The notes beneath the pieces were generated by a model, which had not been told where the DNA came from, did not search any database, and saw only the letters and a list, made by a program, of their open reading frames with translations. 64,000 bases of DNA from IMG/VR virus record IMGVR_UViG_3300035698_001480, positions 535 through 64,534 of that record; one strand, given 5' to 3'. The translations under genes and the position numbers were made by a program. Numbering within the stretch: the first letter of the stretch is position 1; each line of letters opens with the position of its first letter. Positions 50,901 through 58,274 of the stretch are shown in pieces. Source of the stretch: a virus. Taxonomy: Duplodnaviria; Caudoviricetes.

Positions 50901-51835
50901 GAAGCTTCCATAGCTTTTTCATGTGCCCTTTGTTTAGCTAATTCCTGATTTTGTTTTATAAACTCCTCACCTGCACTTATAGATTCTGTTCTAGCTTCAC
51001 TACCGGTACCTAGTGCAGCAGCCAGATATTTAGTAGCAGTTTCTCTGGTTTTTAAAGTACTAATTATTTTTTTACTTTCTTTAGATAATTCTGCTACAGA
51101 TATTTCTCCCTTAAGATAGTTAGAATATGCTTTAGCAGCATCTTTTGCTGTCCCCTTAGTAGCCAAACTCTTACTTAAAGACTTAGCTAACTTAGGGATA
51201 TTCATAATATTAGATAATCCACCTGCAAATGCTATAGAACTTACTGCACTACCTACAGTAAACCCGGCACTCCCTAAAGTATTAGCAGTCCAGTTAGTAA
51301 AGTTATCCATGTTTTTAAAAGCAGATTCTTCTTGGCTATCTTCTGATTGATATATAGGTAACTCTTTATAAACTTCTTTTCTAAACTCATCTAACCCTGT
51401 TGATACAGCATTGTTAATATAGCTATTAAAGAACCCATCTCCTTGACTCAATCCATGTATCCCCTGAGCAATTCCAACAGGAGTACCTACTAGATCATCC
51501 AATATAGTAGTTCCTGCATTAACAAGCAATTGTCCGGTTCCTGCTGCTAACTTACTCCCAACACCTTGTTTAGCAGCTCTATAATCATTTAACTCTTCTG
51601 CGGTAGAATTAGGTGTTATATTAAACCCCTCATCATAATCAGATTCCCCAAACCCTATATCCGGATCATCTTGCATTAATAATTCATTCTCGAATTCTAA
51701 TATATCTTGGTAGGAAGCTCTTCTTGTATATCCAGGATCATACTGAGTAGTTTCTCCTGTTTCTGAATTATATATTTCACCTGTTTCCTCATTTAAGTAA
51801 CCGTTCTCAGGAAATTGATCTCTTATAACTGGCAT
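35963..51835 (-). CDS. giant virion-packaged RNA polymerase polyprotein (crAss-like, phi14:2 gp66-type)
   Basis: 5290 aa; GFRIPTQAPSS, catalytic GSDFDIDK (~39965-39988), TVDNAKDP, zincin-like YHEAFE...EALAE (~44360-44530), long coiled coil. Confidence 0.9.
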   Translation of the reverse strand: MPVIRDQFPENGYLNEETGEIYNSETGETTQYDPGYTRRASYQDILEFENELLMQDDPDIGFGESDYDEGFNITPNSTAEELNDYRAAKQGVGSKLAAGTGQLLVNAGTTILDDLVGTPVGIAQGIHGLSQGDGFFNSYINNAVSTGLDEFRKEVYKELPIYQSEDSQEESAFKNMDNFTNWTANTLGSAGFTVGSAVSSIAFAGGLSNIMNIPKLAKSLSKSLATKGTAKDAAKAYSNYLKGEISVAELSKESKKIISTLKTRETATKYLAAALGTGSEARTESISAGEEFIKQNQELAKQRAHEKAMEASAKAGYGDPQAIYDAVVKEEYEKELAILNKQAEAVRMTTYAINTAILTAGNAYQLGRSLKPGYVADKNSFNKLIKKGSDGIFTKELPKHFNKLNYAKAILKPTSELAEEMSQKGASEGAINFNSSKYKYDKNSTRFSINEGIDAMVSTQGWNEGLSGFVTAAIGLPTIKTRRNAPSFDIDGNMLEEGSKTRKLEMAGGIAGDLKETRDKLQRTQDLVDYKNKVVDDNKDALGYIDRAKDITSAQKQALEDNDTFTFKTLEDDGLLNYAFSTITSGEFNESLEDLSALGGVTEEDATYIRDSSKITPGDKTKQIEEEDTKAKDLLIKAQPMVIQQYIINNKNLNDEVKAKIEEENGEALANITDQLQEISTDTQDKLKENAKLTKDDTIDIYSHLPTDKELADHLNNNTNETVARLKKVNELWNVFNSRLDNDLSNDAKEVLVRDLYQASRLEEREKDITDNLENEAKIVSATTIGNLSKFTDNRLDLESKLSTLSKKQNQIKSTISRLTNNSEKLNTDLYSLNEDVTEKVTKLKDELVDLNNGIFDINTELKANKDLAEESINKSDDIVSKIDNISKKLEELTDLTEDITKIESLLEQVKGEKFSNQRNTDKLLDSYPDLKRLKGEYVTKLKELKSELSNIETTLPEKANLNNLTVEIEKVNKQLDAELAKKEEKSEENIKKYKTSLKELSKEKEQKEKAYNKTKQTIEKLNKKVADKAAKLKRTADKLEKQLENNEKSQKSIDDLKNSIEDLKKSQEDYKKDIENVADFENMSISDKIEFVEDAITAHNELEAEKQKEAKLNPNYRSVYKSLEDLKNIKDAKVNFIAEYNLALQAPKQFENALEESKKTIEKEAEAQKIRDKANINKVILDTGNEYTDGSYFYSKLDGIYSKYTKDSEGGLTKVQKLTDEELANLDNLESSISKVNGGTEGTYDGMSGTLHLDELDIQEEINEELNPSEELLEKSEFKEDDVAPEELNEKTADDIASEEAFKKEQEKIAAISVLSDYNFSTLVKGKGVKTPASSENTLDNEGREKILSAIAKEFKYESIPSMIRGIAESQGYTNFARITVPYSKALATSLKTFSIPFYHDKTGKVIKITIIKKPKHEIKYKRIKIWKITGKYSKADKKKGVTEGDPIFAKVKFNGNLYGKEATKVKFIKKINDKRVLVEYEGKEYFANVKSITEEDNPLKKYSYFEYKKKFFRKETDENGEVYYTTNKWEKGQSTTVNVSKEDFDNVNRLDGKKFPDATTTNGWIIVTTPTPNFTKYNKETGKNEQALKPVYNLELLKKVEDKGTYYVMSNGKFNEAVSIYKTGRFVADNGKVYKLDRFGVAKFVSTEDKKKELEKLQKEIPNLNPSTIAIGKVEGKQVKLLLSKDGTNGLLNQTRTSMEKNIPLKEKKSAFEPSTGVLGDYNKVITPGLTEEEKKQAVEDFQNNATIRSQNWINSKANKDLLKHTLTVVNEETLGLKGDVFKGLYGIVTDKKGNYLTYEFKDGKYEEKSIKPSDTDFTKDQLVYQPLGLPSSLGIANEEGKFFLTHNGNKQHFNSTSKEVVENEIKRYEDLYDRLTESAKTDKPESLSVSNKVSGKMVMEPNKELYSVKDTLGKLEDHTLGIITDQFIVLGNSSYTGTPGSILVVNKNNDNNFVLQSKTLDSNDVEVLNKILETHVSKLTIDDEGKVQLNKESHQIIENDEGSLFLTDLINEIVYFQDVNNLTRAGREAYKILLGNIKDTRKEALKLIARNEDSEELQGLIQEYKDLNYEKELLLRNEDYLDYSKSNDYLFHFVSSKIIPGGQIKIAGEIYNLLDAEAFAEGKTVLNPEVTAALEELPNKGFLKQVNKNNLNKDREYDNLIIKDGELSIDTHESYEQFIWDNVLVSPQTQTTNFNNEGIDLPTKFNQYLLFSNDPVEVPKPEGKKEKPEGSDDTNGIGELDIEFTSGISGKLDAIVPVLTELIDNLIKFGNKNVTDLTEINAIIEALLPLSNLIENDFDIAKTIEDYTKKSGLHKGLAAAEVLSQFKEQLVSPKKKKVVKKVEKTTEEKSNDKGKKPSKFKIEKSTEGDVEDDALRKVLSSFEGVENTEKLDKWWRSKLSSPLKILKPILNSNAYGYVKDNVAYVYNNAEVGTRYHEAFEIVWGHLLTKKEQSRLLEEAKNDPYFTKEIAKQSKLYTGKSENTIIKEALAEKFRDFVLDDGKLVRSKYNRKQHTFFKRVWSFIKDFIRKIEGTESTIADIEDVFNKIQQGYDKNAKVKNKNFYAERTIEGLNEDMTHSVLNNMNYFFFGLLYQDKSGADLAQAMKEKVTPEVLSEILPKIKSRFAILFKKYASEYNSIIDDMEYNNATIDDLDSEDSLYFNNLETKAGNIETTLNNWGIKNGVAQRFIENLATFGFEAVSQEKINETAEDETLQTGGRTDTFNSNATLEMSAKASTSTVIKFMLGTLANTNYRDGKNKLKYDKYGLYQTIDFNQAFGTLIGKLSGTVSMTQMESVLTNIMESSDDYQWLPNIFNRLMLDNAKNPQKTMSPQQLMNINQFCQVFGKNRNNMFTMILEEGGNFTTVDSNSDSIINRVTEKWTTNALPFYKKHVKDEKFNITNENLINDIEYAQNLAINNKYYFERVTDVLAEFGIEFSFNLKVLENNEEDLAMFKSNFTHLTDQILKGKDYFFSTSVSSDSQGYMYKFLNLEAKYGLDVVENSYLTSDGKLIYLNTLNNSMTTTINRINFIKRYAKSKKDFYKQVAEYLPHISEDNINMENSYLYENLWETDLSYFILDSIKEDSNGGMPVAFPRMDSPERFSLWYNSHLKGNYYVSTPADNGNEKFLGMVKPGSNGKARPIFIEGDISGGKHIDRVVGYLEDELRLRKNKDYSFVKHANKRKNSGIVIDIIKSSDNTDLIERVEAVLNSSLTDKLSIDKFMSNNKEAIREVISNFFNINTEALYKGNDFSLVDLKLVEVETGGHKGLGFSSYSNKPLTKKIVMVELKAFLASSFVSSVEQRKFFTGDLMFFKSLVETYKRGQGNQSTKENAITGHKDDVYEKEFVRLIKTTDKAHLYDTEGYPVVKLLVTKDHLFESKKAYLDNKQGETDDGHSLSTYDYYKRFFARHGYWDFSVGGHEERYQYNMQKEMLFQVLDGDYSFANWVEMFEEHLPKGSDFIAKFKGNKENPSTLANKQQLVSEYIPVYNGEEINIKQNNTRINPVKPQGYGMLKVLENESRDIQLDVHNIPFMYKTSEFPILPGLYRDPSTGEVFNDNFHKLAVYMREQQISSKPAYSAVKGASHLLQEGTKEDHPLYEVKDGVGNFVGISNPIVQVVRVEDIANQLNTSFTTHKTQTMGTQQIKQIVNNITNRGLIKGINEFKDFYISNNNPDYLDDLNEALDTNTDTAEILSIIEGLYTENRDSKTLGILKDLKDGIDLHKRKTKLDSLMVQRLEVGLEILKEELSVEKDEDGNYYTANNEKLIKKLKAEAVSKGVSDNIIDDINNLSIANGQAPLETLLNREKIEQILYAMADKASIGRKLRGKPSYQVPSTFFEGRDIEVKMIKGEYYTVSSALNFYGVVYEKDSNDKDTDRIASVKEMEVLLPSWLKGIVDVEDVMDSKELLTLVGFRIPTQAPSSIEKMKVVGFLPEDYGDAIVVPSEIVLKAGSDFDIDKLNIYVPNSFVDNTGNHRYVSPDMTYEDYLLDRRKIFISLNDTEFNNFIDSLIPLGESIKDKNITTENKALLLGGYLSDYSKQTEDFVDSILDIMEDKDISNVTFLYKAISNKLLDLIDRLESTSITKDQFNNYKLFSSELDSILKKVLNIENKSLILSKEEFKLQQIDNALIKNWGDIVTHPGNFSQLVESVEADDLTAMRDINTLFKEGGITKDELTKLLKSEDYIEKLAEKATEHIEKSENKADGYLAALVSHNNTMSKQNMEGSGTIGIAALAATLHIQAQRNNIYLKVENIRVREFKEIEEKDGKKKLVKLVEDVSTQINIPHATVEVRGKTYGALGAKTDTTGKNISSNMNDALTATVDNAKDPILGDLNWGLKNFAVMIMLTNFGVSQKDLVLFFNQPIIKDYNRLQEVNESSIQMANDNMTFKSQNIDKIYAKYGSKEAKFNSSKDFEDNRKELLLTQYKGMNGIELTDNKEKNLQVKIFNDYLRYVSLQKYYTQMINSIKYDTKAPKNNNEALFNTLLTDKVLVDDVFGNYGELVGLKLNSNGNTTTNNNNFKGYKGGFENSGKGTPQGDGKDKAMRKVADSFIGEVDSNRFNNSSSGTSLKSISAKEEESLKDYTGVTGSVLTLKSKNYEDSGDYTSDITMLARNSKFNGKPLTEKTKEEIDLNFSLGSSFIVGDMPGVDSQFIDYLQKIGAEFTIYHTGNNSRISVLGKNSTISKTSEGTLNVYWGGQNFSKSETSPERILSNLAPRQFIWDNVVYGSVEHAYQVNKSGSFDESTHKKYKNTGGYGKKIRGKGTVAQLIAADSLGLMRKLVVESFKQNSNSEASKVLQQYSDFTHNTNDLIDKAFLNGLKLAQQELGGTKDSTTLNVSTGNEIVEDYSNTNGFTTPFRRTRKEIMKMFSGFSLVNSNPTIQAYIVEFINAYNDTLVSAPAREITKIVDKFKNELLTYYAMTTLVKKVDADGKTIDRIILSDRASKLLGVVKVKPAYETLNDLVSNKNISVPKKIEIIQKAIKRVNEDIGSDFDKAVHKQFAGSGQNSLINSFVVIIRPDNIDNMKLADSKNKDIRRINQLTADWRDIHTYNKEFALDLMYFSIAQSGFAPSPLNFTSIVPNELFSEFMRTVTNRINLEESAEQQNALDTVWNLFRLNAYNNKHLVAKVKSKSKAYASKSLTATEEGDYLITPAYIVWEKSGKMIRKGKTVEAEIVPMLYSANAGKLFNGKEYNDYHNNLSQTMYSSELLAYNSKFTNNNKYTQATSFEFTETTDSALENEVKGVMDRMDNEGLLEDNVKVVSYKKIASDYKLANDSVETEMNIEEYIGTLNCK

Positions 51836-51855
51836 AATTTATTTATTTTTTATTA

Positions 51856-54090
51856 CTATAATTTTTTTGCATTAACAGTAGATTCTGTAATTTTTGGGTT
51901 TCTAGCTGCAATTATATATCTCATCATATTATCTATAATCTTTTCTACAGAGATTTCTTTCCAATTTTTCTCCTCATATCCAGGTCCTACTTTAATCTTT
52001 ATAGTAGGTTTAGTAAACTTACCAGATTCACAATATTCAGCATACTGCTCACTACTATTAATTTTATATGTTGTTTTGCCAGGACCTTTTGTTTCCCAAT
52101 CTGTATTTAAACTTAAATCTTTAGACCCTTTATATGCAAGATCAATTAATTCAAGATAATCATTTACAACATCTATTGTACTTTTCTTTAGATTTTTTCT
52201 AATATCATCAAATGAAACTTCCGTTCCACCGTCTTCGTTCCTGAAAACTTTTTTAATAGGGTCAAAGTATATATTAGATTTATTATCTAATTTATCTGTA
52301 AGAGTATTAAACCCTTTAGTTGTAACTTTAGACATTTTCACAGAAGCTACTTCTACTTCCCTAGAAGCATCTCTAGATGTTAAAAATCTAAGCCTCTCGC
52401 TACCATCTTCAACATTAGATACTCTGAAATTTGGATCTATATTTTTCTTTTCGGTCCCATTATATTTCCAATATTCTTCTGTTTGTTTGGAGTCTAATTG
52501 CTCAATATATTCTTCATCTTCTTTTAATGTTTGTTTTAATTTACTATATTGGTTAATAACATTACTATAAGATTCTGGGGTAGTAGGATTAACCATTCTT
52601 TGCTGTTGTACTCCCCATTGACTACCTTTAGCGTCTTTTATTACCATACCATCTCCGTTTCTAAATCCCTCTTGTAATTTATACAAAGACCCTTCCTCAT
52701 TAGATAGATCTAAGCTATTTATAATATTAGCTTTTTCTTTACGTAAAGCTAGTTGGTTATTTTTTTTCATTTTTTCAAAGATACCCTTTTTTTCATTATC
52801 GTTATCTTCTTTCATTTTTATATATTTCGCATTTGGTATAAGATTGCCGCTCTCATCATAGAAAGCTGGGTCATTTCTATAATCTGTATATTTCACTGAT
52901 TCTTGTTCTTCTATAGGTTCTATTTCTGCATCTACTTCTTTTAGCCTTTTATTTAAAGCGTCTTCAGCCTCTTTATAGTTTTTTAAGTATATTTTTTCAT
53001 ACATCGGATTACGTACAGGTATTTTATCATAGAGTTCTCCACTATAATATTCCCCGCTACCTTTAGCATCATTAATAGCATTTTCTAAATCTGTAAATTT
53101 AATTTTGTTTACAGCTAGTAATTCTTTTTTCGCAGCTAATTCGCTGGATGTCCCAATTATCTTTTCAGCCTTGCCATCATTAAAAACTTGAATGTTTCTA
53201 TCTTTATCAAAAGAAATATCATCAGCCGCTTTATCTTTTTCATCAGCCGCTGTTTGGGCTGCTTTATATTTTGTTTTTTCCCACTCTACCTTATCTTTAG
53301 ATAACTTAAATTTAGCTGCTTCCATATCACTTATATAATTAGGATCTTTTTGCATAGTAGTTTTACCTATACTAGATTCCATAATACCTCTAGCTACTTC
53401 CTCTCTTAATCTAGGATCGTTAGGATCTACACCTCTTGATTTTAGTATAGAGGTTATATCACCAGGATTATTTTGTATATACCGAACAGCTTCTTCTGGA
53501 GATCTGTGCCCATACTGTTGTTCTAAGAAACCATTACCTAAATTTCTCATCCCACTAAATTTAGACTTAGCTAGTTCCTGACCATGCAATGCGCCTGTTT
53601 TATAGAAGTCTTGTAGATTCAACACGTTTGGTTGAAATGAGGTATTAGCAATATTACCTTGTTCATCATATATTCTACTTTGTGCTATATCATTACCTTT
53701 AGACATATATGCATTAGCACCATATCTATTAACTAATTCTTGTTGTTGTTGTAGAGCTTCTAATTGTTGTTTAGATGCATTCACATAAGGATCTGTTCTA
53801 ACATCAGTAACAGTACTCATTATAGCGTCTCTCCCCGCTGATAAATCCCCTGAATATTTAGTACTTACATCTTCAAACTTCTGCCTAGCTTGAGCTTCAA
53901 ATACATCTCTATCTTGTGTAGAAACAAATCCATTCTTTAAAGCCTCAGTTAAAGCTGCTTCTCTTGCTGCTACTGAATCATCATATCTTCCTTGACTTCT
54001 ATCTAGTGATTCTTGGAATATCTTATCATCCCATCTACCTTTTAATGGTGCAGAATTTTTTCCTGCAGTGACGTAGCGTAAATCTGCCAT
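51856..54090 (-). CDS. virion cargo or structural protein
   Basis: 744 aa; helical; crAss-like position upstream of the RNAP. Confidence 0.7.
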   Translation of the reverse strand: MADLRYVTAGKNSAPLKGRWDDKIFQESLDRSQGRYDDSVAAREAALTEALKNGFVSTQDRDVFEAQARQKFEDVSTKYSGDLSAGRDAIMSTVTDVRTDPYVNASKQQLEALQQQQELVNRYGANAYMSKGNDIAQSRIYDEQGNIANTSFQPNVLNLQDFYKTGALHGQELAKSKFSGMRNLGNGFLEQQYGHRSPEEAVRYIQNNPGDITSILKSRGVDPNDPRLREEVARGIMESSIGKTTMQKDPNYISDMEAAKFKLSKDKVEWEKTKYKAAQTAADEKDKAADDISFDKDRNIQVFNDGKAEKIIGTSSELAAKKELLAVNKIKFTDLENAINDAKGSGEYYSGELYDKIPVRNPMYEKIYLKNYKEAEDALNKRLKEVDAEIEPIEEQESVKYTDYRNDPAFYDESGNLIPNAKYIKMKEDNDNEKKGIFEKMKKNNQLALRKEKANIINSLDLSNEEGSLYKLQEGFRNGDGMVIKDAKGSQWGVQQQRMVNPTTPESYSNVINQYSKLKQTLKEDEEYIEQLDSKQTEEYWKYNGTEKKNIDPNFRVSNVEDGSERLRFLTSRDASREVEVASVKMSKVTTKGFNTLTDKLDNKSNIYFDPIKKVFRNEDGGTEVSFDDIRKNLKKSTIDVVNDYLELIDLAYKGSKDLSLNTDWETKGPGKTTYKINSSEQYAEYCESGKFTKPTIKIKVGPGYEEKNWKEISVEKIIDNMMRYIIAARNPKITESTVNAKKL

Positions 54091-54119
54091 AATTTTATAT
54101 TTTTATATTTAAATTAATA

Positions 54120-54171
54120 CAAAGATACTAATAATATAATTAACCTTTGTTAATCACAATATTAGTATCTT
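54120..54171 (-). promoter_or_regulatory. Bacteroidota -7 element (TATCTTTG) embedded in a 12-bp inverted repeat
   Basis: Reverse complement of CAAAGATA (54120-54127); AAGATACTAATA (54122-54133) / TATTAGTATCTT (54160-54171); no clear -33 box. Confidence 0.5.
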
Positions 54172-54176
54172 AAATA

Positions 54177-56495
54177 CTACCTATATCTAGTATAGCGTCC
54201 ACCATTTCTTAAAGAATCTAATGGGTCATATATATTTAAAGCATCATCATTATTTTTCCTAGTTCTAGTATTATCAAAACCTCCTATATAAGTATTATTA
54301 TTACCTCTACCTTTAGGCATTAAGGAATTGGGTCCATAGTTTGGAGTTGGTCCACTACCTACTAGAGTATGTCTTGGATCGTTAGATTGTTGATACCTGT
54401 TCCAACCACTCATCTTATTTACCTCATTATCTGTAGAAGCAACTTTATACTCTCCTGTTATTGGATCTACTCCTAAAGTATGATTCTCCTGCATTAAAGG
54501 AACCTCTCTTCGCCATCTCTGGTCATTTAAACCATACGCTACTCCTCTACTAATACCTGATATACCTTCATTAAATGCCTCGGCTCTATAACCAATGCGA
54601 TCTTGAGTTTCCTGGTTTTTAATATCAGCATTTACTTCGTGCCACCTATTCTTAGCACTAAAGTTAGTTAATCTTTCTGTATTATCTATACTAGCATTTT
54701 TATTATCATAATCAGCATAAACATTAGATATACCTCTACTCTCTCCAGATGCACTAGCAAGACGATTAGCCATGTAATTTCCTACACCGTTAGCATTTTG
54801 TCTAATACCTTCATTAGCTCCTGCATAAACTCCTCTAATCTCTTGTGAAGCTCTTGTAGGATCTAAGTGTTGTAATCTTACTTGTTCTAATCCTGGAGAT
54901 TTATAATTAACTTGATTTGCTAAAGCCATATTACCAATAGCTCCTAATGCTCCTGGGACTACTGACCCTGCCATACCTAAGTAATCAGGTCTGATTGGAT
55001 CTAATTCATTAACTGGTAAAGGTTCAGCTTCTGGTGCTTCAGGTACTGCTTTAGGTACTGCTTTAGGTTGTGGGGATGGTCCACTATCTATTTTAGATGT
55101 AGGATTATCTCTTTTAAAAACTGTTTTCTTACCTAAATGCTTGTAATCATCTTCTGCCATCACTTCATCAAAGTACTTTTCTAACCCAATACCAGAAGCT
55201 CTTTCAATATCTCCAGCATCTAAAGCATTTCTCATATATTCCTTTGCTTTTTCTGGACCATATTTACCTAACACTTCAGCTCTTTGCTCTGGTTTAATAT
55301 ATACTTTACCATCTTTAGTCCACCCCTTTAAATTACCATGTATCTTTTCATCATATCCTTGTAATCCTGGTACATCTATAGTATCAAAACCTTCCTCCGT
55401 AAATCCTTCACCAGCATCTTGTGCAGCAAGTAATTGATCTATAGTTGTTATTTTTCCATTACCTTTTGTAATTTTAGGTTGATCTATGTTTAACTGTTTA
55501 GTAGTATCTAATGTCTCACCAAACTTATGTTTAATTCTACCACCATTTCTATACATAGCCTGCTCTACAGGTTCATTCTGAGCTTTAAATGATTCTTGAT
55601 GTTCAAATAGAGAATTTAATTTCTGCTCTTTAGCATCATCACTAAATTTATCATTATTTCTTAAAGAAAAGTCTTTCTCTATCTTCTTAGAATGTTGCGC
55701 ATAAGTATGTTTCTTATTATACTTTAAAGAATCACTAAAGATATTATCATCATATCTAGTCTCACCATCTTCAACTTCATTTGTATCTCCTAGAGGTATT
55801 CCTCCTTGTTCATGCTTAAATCCATTATACTGAGTAAGTTGTCCACCATTCCCTAATGTCCTAACTCCACCTGCTGTAACATTCTGTTGTGGGAAGAATG
55901 ATTGACCATTACCTCCTCTAACTCCTGTTGTAGCATTAGCTAGTTGATACTCTCTTTCTCTAGTTTCTTCGTCAGCTTTAGCTTCTTTCTGTGCATTCAA
56001 TCCAGCATACGGGGCAAATAATCCCAATACTGATTCTTTCTTATTGCCTGATTTATAACTTTTAATATTCTGCCCTATTTGTTGTCCAGGATTAAAAGAA
56101 TAACTAGCAATAGCAGCAGCATCGCTTTTATAAGCTCCTGTCTCAGGGTCTTGTTTAAAAGCAGCATTACTAACTTTAGATATACCAGAATAAATAGGAA
56201 AAGCATTACCTACAGTATCTACAGCTTGTTGCCCAGCTGCTTTAGCAGCATTAGGGTCATCTTGATTTATAGCCTGATACCCCTGGTAACCTGCCTGCGC
56301 ATAATTAGCATATCTACCAGCATCTTGTGCAGACATTCTATTCTGTTGTGGTTCATCTGCTTGGAATGATCCTCCATCACTAAGTTCTCTTCTATAGTCA
56401 GCAGGTAGTCCATATTTAGCTAATACTTTTCTTTCGATAGTACTATCTTTAGTATACCTATTATATTTACTTTTACTTCTATTTTTCTTCTTCAT
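54177..56495 (-). CDS. virion structural or cargo protein
   Basis: 772 aa; GFKHEQGGI...EVEDGE...IFSD motif typical of crAss-like structural genes; repeated xxGG boxes. Confidence 0.75.
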   Translation of the reverse strand: MKKKNRSKSKYNRYTKDSTIERKVLAKYGLPADYRRELSDGGSFQADEPQQNRMSAQDAGRYANYAQAGYQGYQAINQDDPNAAKAAGQQAVDTVGNAFPIYSGISKVSNAAFKQDPETGAYKSDAAAIASYSFNPGQQIGQNIKSYKSGNKKESVLGLFAPYAGLNAQKEAKADEETREREYQLANATTGVRGGNGQSFFPQQNVTAGGVRTLGNGGQLTQYNGFKHEQGGIPLGDTNEVEDGETRYDDNIFSDSLKYNKKHTYAQHSKKIEKDFSLRNNDKFSDDAKEQKLNSLFEHQESFKAQNEPVEQAMYRNGGRIKHKFGETLDTTKQLNIDQPKITKGNGKITTIDQLLAAQDAGEGFTEEGFDTIDVPGLQGYDEKIHGNLKGWTKDGKVYIKPEQRAEVLGKYGPEKAKEYMRNALDAGDIERASGIGLEKYFDEVMAEDDYKHLGKKTVFKRDNPTSKIDSGPSPQPKAVPKAVPEAPEAEPLPVNELDPIRPDYLGMAGSVVPGALGAIGNMALANQVNYKSPGLEQVRLQHLDPTRASQEIRGVYAGANEGIRQNANGVGNYMANRLASASGESRGISNVYADYDNKNASIDNTERLTNFSAKNRWHEVNADIKNQETQDRIGYRAEAFNEGISGISRGVAYGLNDQRWRREVPLMQENHTLGVDPITGEYKVASTDNEVNKMSGWNRYQQSNDPRHTLVGSGPTPNYGPNSLMPKGRGNNNTYIGGFDNTRTRKNNDDALNIYDPLDSLRNGGRYTRYR

Positions 56496-56519
56496 TGTTA
56501 TTTGTATTAATAAAGTTAA

Positions 56520-57149
56520 TTATCCTCTAGGTTTATGTCTATAATAATTAGGTATAGATTTGAGAGTCTTATTCATCAACGTAGAAAGTTCATCATCAGT
56601 ACCCATTTTAGAAGAACCTACAGCATTAGCTATATCATAGTGCCAATCTCTTTCTATTCTGGTAAATTTATCGCTACTGAGTTTATCTTGATAATACAGT
56701 CTTGTAGCTAGTTGTAATTTAATAAAAGAAACTATAGCAGATATAAACTCTTCTGTATCAGGAACTAAAGGGTTACCATCATCATCTATAGGAAACATCT
56801 TGCTATTAAATATTACACTACCTGTCTCAAACGATGTATAGATATATCCAGCATTTAGTTTATAAGTAAGCTGTTTAAAAGCAGCGTTAGAATCTAATTT
56901 ATCCATATTATATTCAGATTCTCCTTCTAATACAGAATGTATAGTGTGTATAGAAGCAGGTATTAGTCCTTTACAACCTTTTATTTCTACTTCAATCTTA
57001 GCATCTACAAATTCTGTTAATGTTCCTATCTTAGACATTGCTTGATATATCCATTCTTTTACTTCAGCTATATTATACTTTTGTCCAGGAATCTTTATTG
57101 TATTTACTCTTTCAAGTATTAAATCTATATTTACATAATTAGATATCAT
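56520..57149 (-). CDS. tail ring/adaptor protein
   Basis: 209 aa; EWIYQAM.KIG, YKL..GYIYTSF, FPIDDDGNPLVPD. Confidence 0.65.
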   Translation of the reverse strand: MISNYVNIDLILERVNTIKIPGQKYNIAEVKEWIYQAMSKIGTLTEFVDAKIEVEIKGCKGLIPASIHTIHSVLEGESEYNMDKLDSNAAFKQLTYKLNAGYIYTSFETGSVIFNSKMFPIDDDGNPLVPDTEEFISAIVSFIKLQLATRLYYQDKLSSDKFTRIERDWHYDIANAVGSSKMGTDDELSTLMNKTLKSIPNYYRHKPRG

Positions 57150-57648
57150 AATATTCTATTATTTTTTTACTGTTATTAATATACTTTGTAAAACCTCTTC
57201 TGAAAGCTTTAGCAGGAGCAAATCTATATTTCTGTACAAAAGGAGAAGCAAAAACCTTTTTCCATTTAATAGTATAATTTTTACCCCCTGTATGAATATT
57301 AAGATGGTATACATATTTCTTATTCTTTAGTTCTGGATATTCTTTCCATAACTTTAAAGTAGCTCCCCAATCTGTATTTACTTTAGATTTAGAAGCATCT
57401 ATTTCACCTTCCTCATCAAACACTAGCTTTATCTCAGAAGTTCTAATACCTATCTGCCCTAAGTGAGCAGGCATTTCAAATACAAACCCTTCATAAATCT
57501 TCTGTACTAACCTCTTGTTAAACTCTCCGATAATCTTACTAAATTGTACACCAGTAACCCTGTTTGAACAGGTACTGGTATAAAATTTATATATCTCTGG
57601 AGTTAAGAAATCACTAGGAGTCTTCTCCCCTTTCTTCTGTTTGCTCAC
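57139..57648 (-). CDS. IHF/HU-like DNA-binding protein (crAss-type)
   Basis: FEMPAHLGQIGI, DWGAT.KLW, YRFAPAKAFRR; basic. Confidence 0.65.
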   Translation of the reverse strand: MSKQKKGEKTPSDFLTPEIYKFYTSTCSNRVTGVQFSKIIGEFNKRLVQKIYEGFVFEMPAHLGQIGIRTSEIKLVFDEEGEIDASKSKVNTDWGATLKLWKEYPELKNKKYVYHLNIHTGGKNYTIKWKKVFASPFVQKYRFAPAKAFRRGFTKYINNSKKIIEYYDI

Positions 57649-58273
57649 TCTGTATAACTATTAGTCCATTATTAATCATTTTATCTTTCATATAGTTCCA
57701 TAAAGCATCTGATATAGGGTATTCAAAACTCCTATAATCAAAATCTACTACACTATTATAATTCTCTGCTACATCTAAAGGATCTTCAAATACACCTTCT
57801 ATTACTACATTATTTATAATTTTTATAGAAGGGTTACTTTTCTGGCACTTAATATACAAAAATTTATTGTATAAGAAACAATATATATCTCTAGTATTCA
57901 GTTTACCATTACCTGAGTATATAGCATCTTCTCTTGATACTATATTAAAAGGCATACCTAGTAAGTCAGGATTACGTATAGATGTAATAGAATTCTCATG
58001 GTGTTTAATTATAGTATAAGGGATATCTTTAGTACTCTTTAGTAATACATGACTGGCTTTTATTCCCGGTACTGTAGAAGAATTAACTAAGTTAGTTTTT
58101 AGATTAATAGACTGTGTTAGTTTATCATCTATGGTCCTACCTTGATTAAACTCATTCTTTAACCATAAAGCTCTCTGTGAATTAAGCCATTGGATTATAA
58201 GTCTATCGTCTACATGTTCCCAATCACTAGGAAGCATGGCTCTTATTTCAAAAATGTAATGATCTAGTCTCAT
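57614..58273 (-). CDS. tail ring/tubular protein
   Basis: 219 aa; WLNSQRA, YSGNGK, EGVFEDP, YPI. Confidence 0.65.
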   Translation of the reverse strand: MRLDHYIFEIRAMLPSDWEHVDDRLIIQWLNSQRALWLKNEFNQGRTIDDKLTQSINLKTNLVNSSTVPGIKASHVLLKSTKDIPYTIIKHHENSITSIRNPDLLGMPFNIVSREDAIYSGNGKLNTRDIYCFLYNKFLYIKCQKSNPSIKIINNVVIEGVFEDPLDVAENYNSVVDFDYRSFEYPISDALWNYMKDKMINNGLIVIQSEQTEERGEDS

Positions 58274-58274
58274 A

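Noticed and set aside
55015-55075. PKAVPKAVPEAPEAEP repeat
   Set aside because: Ordinary low-complexity linker in a structural protein
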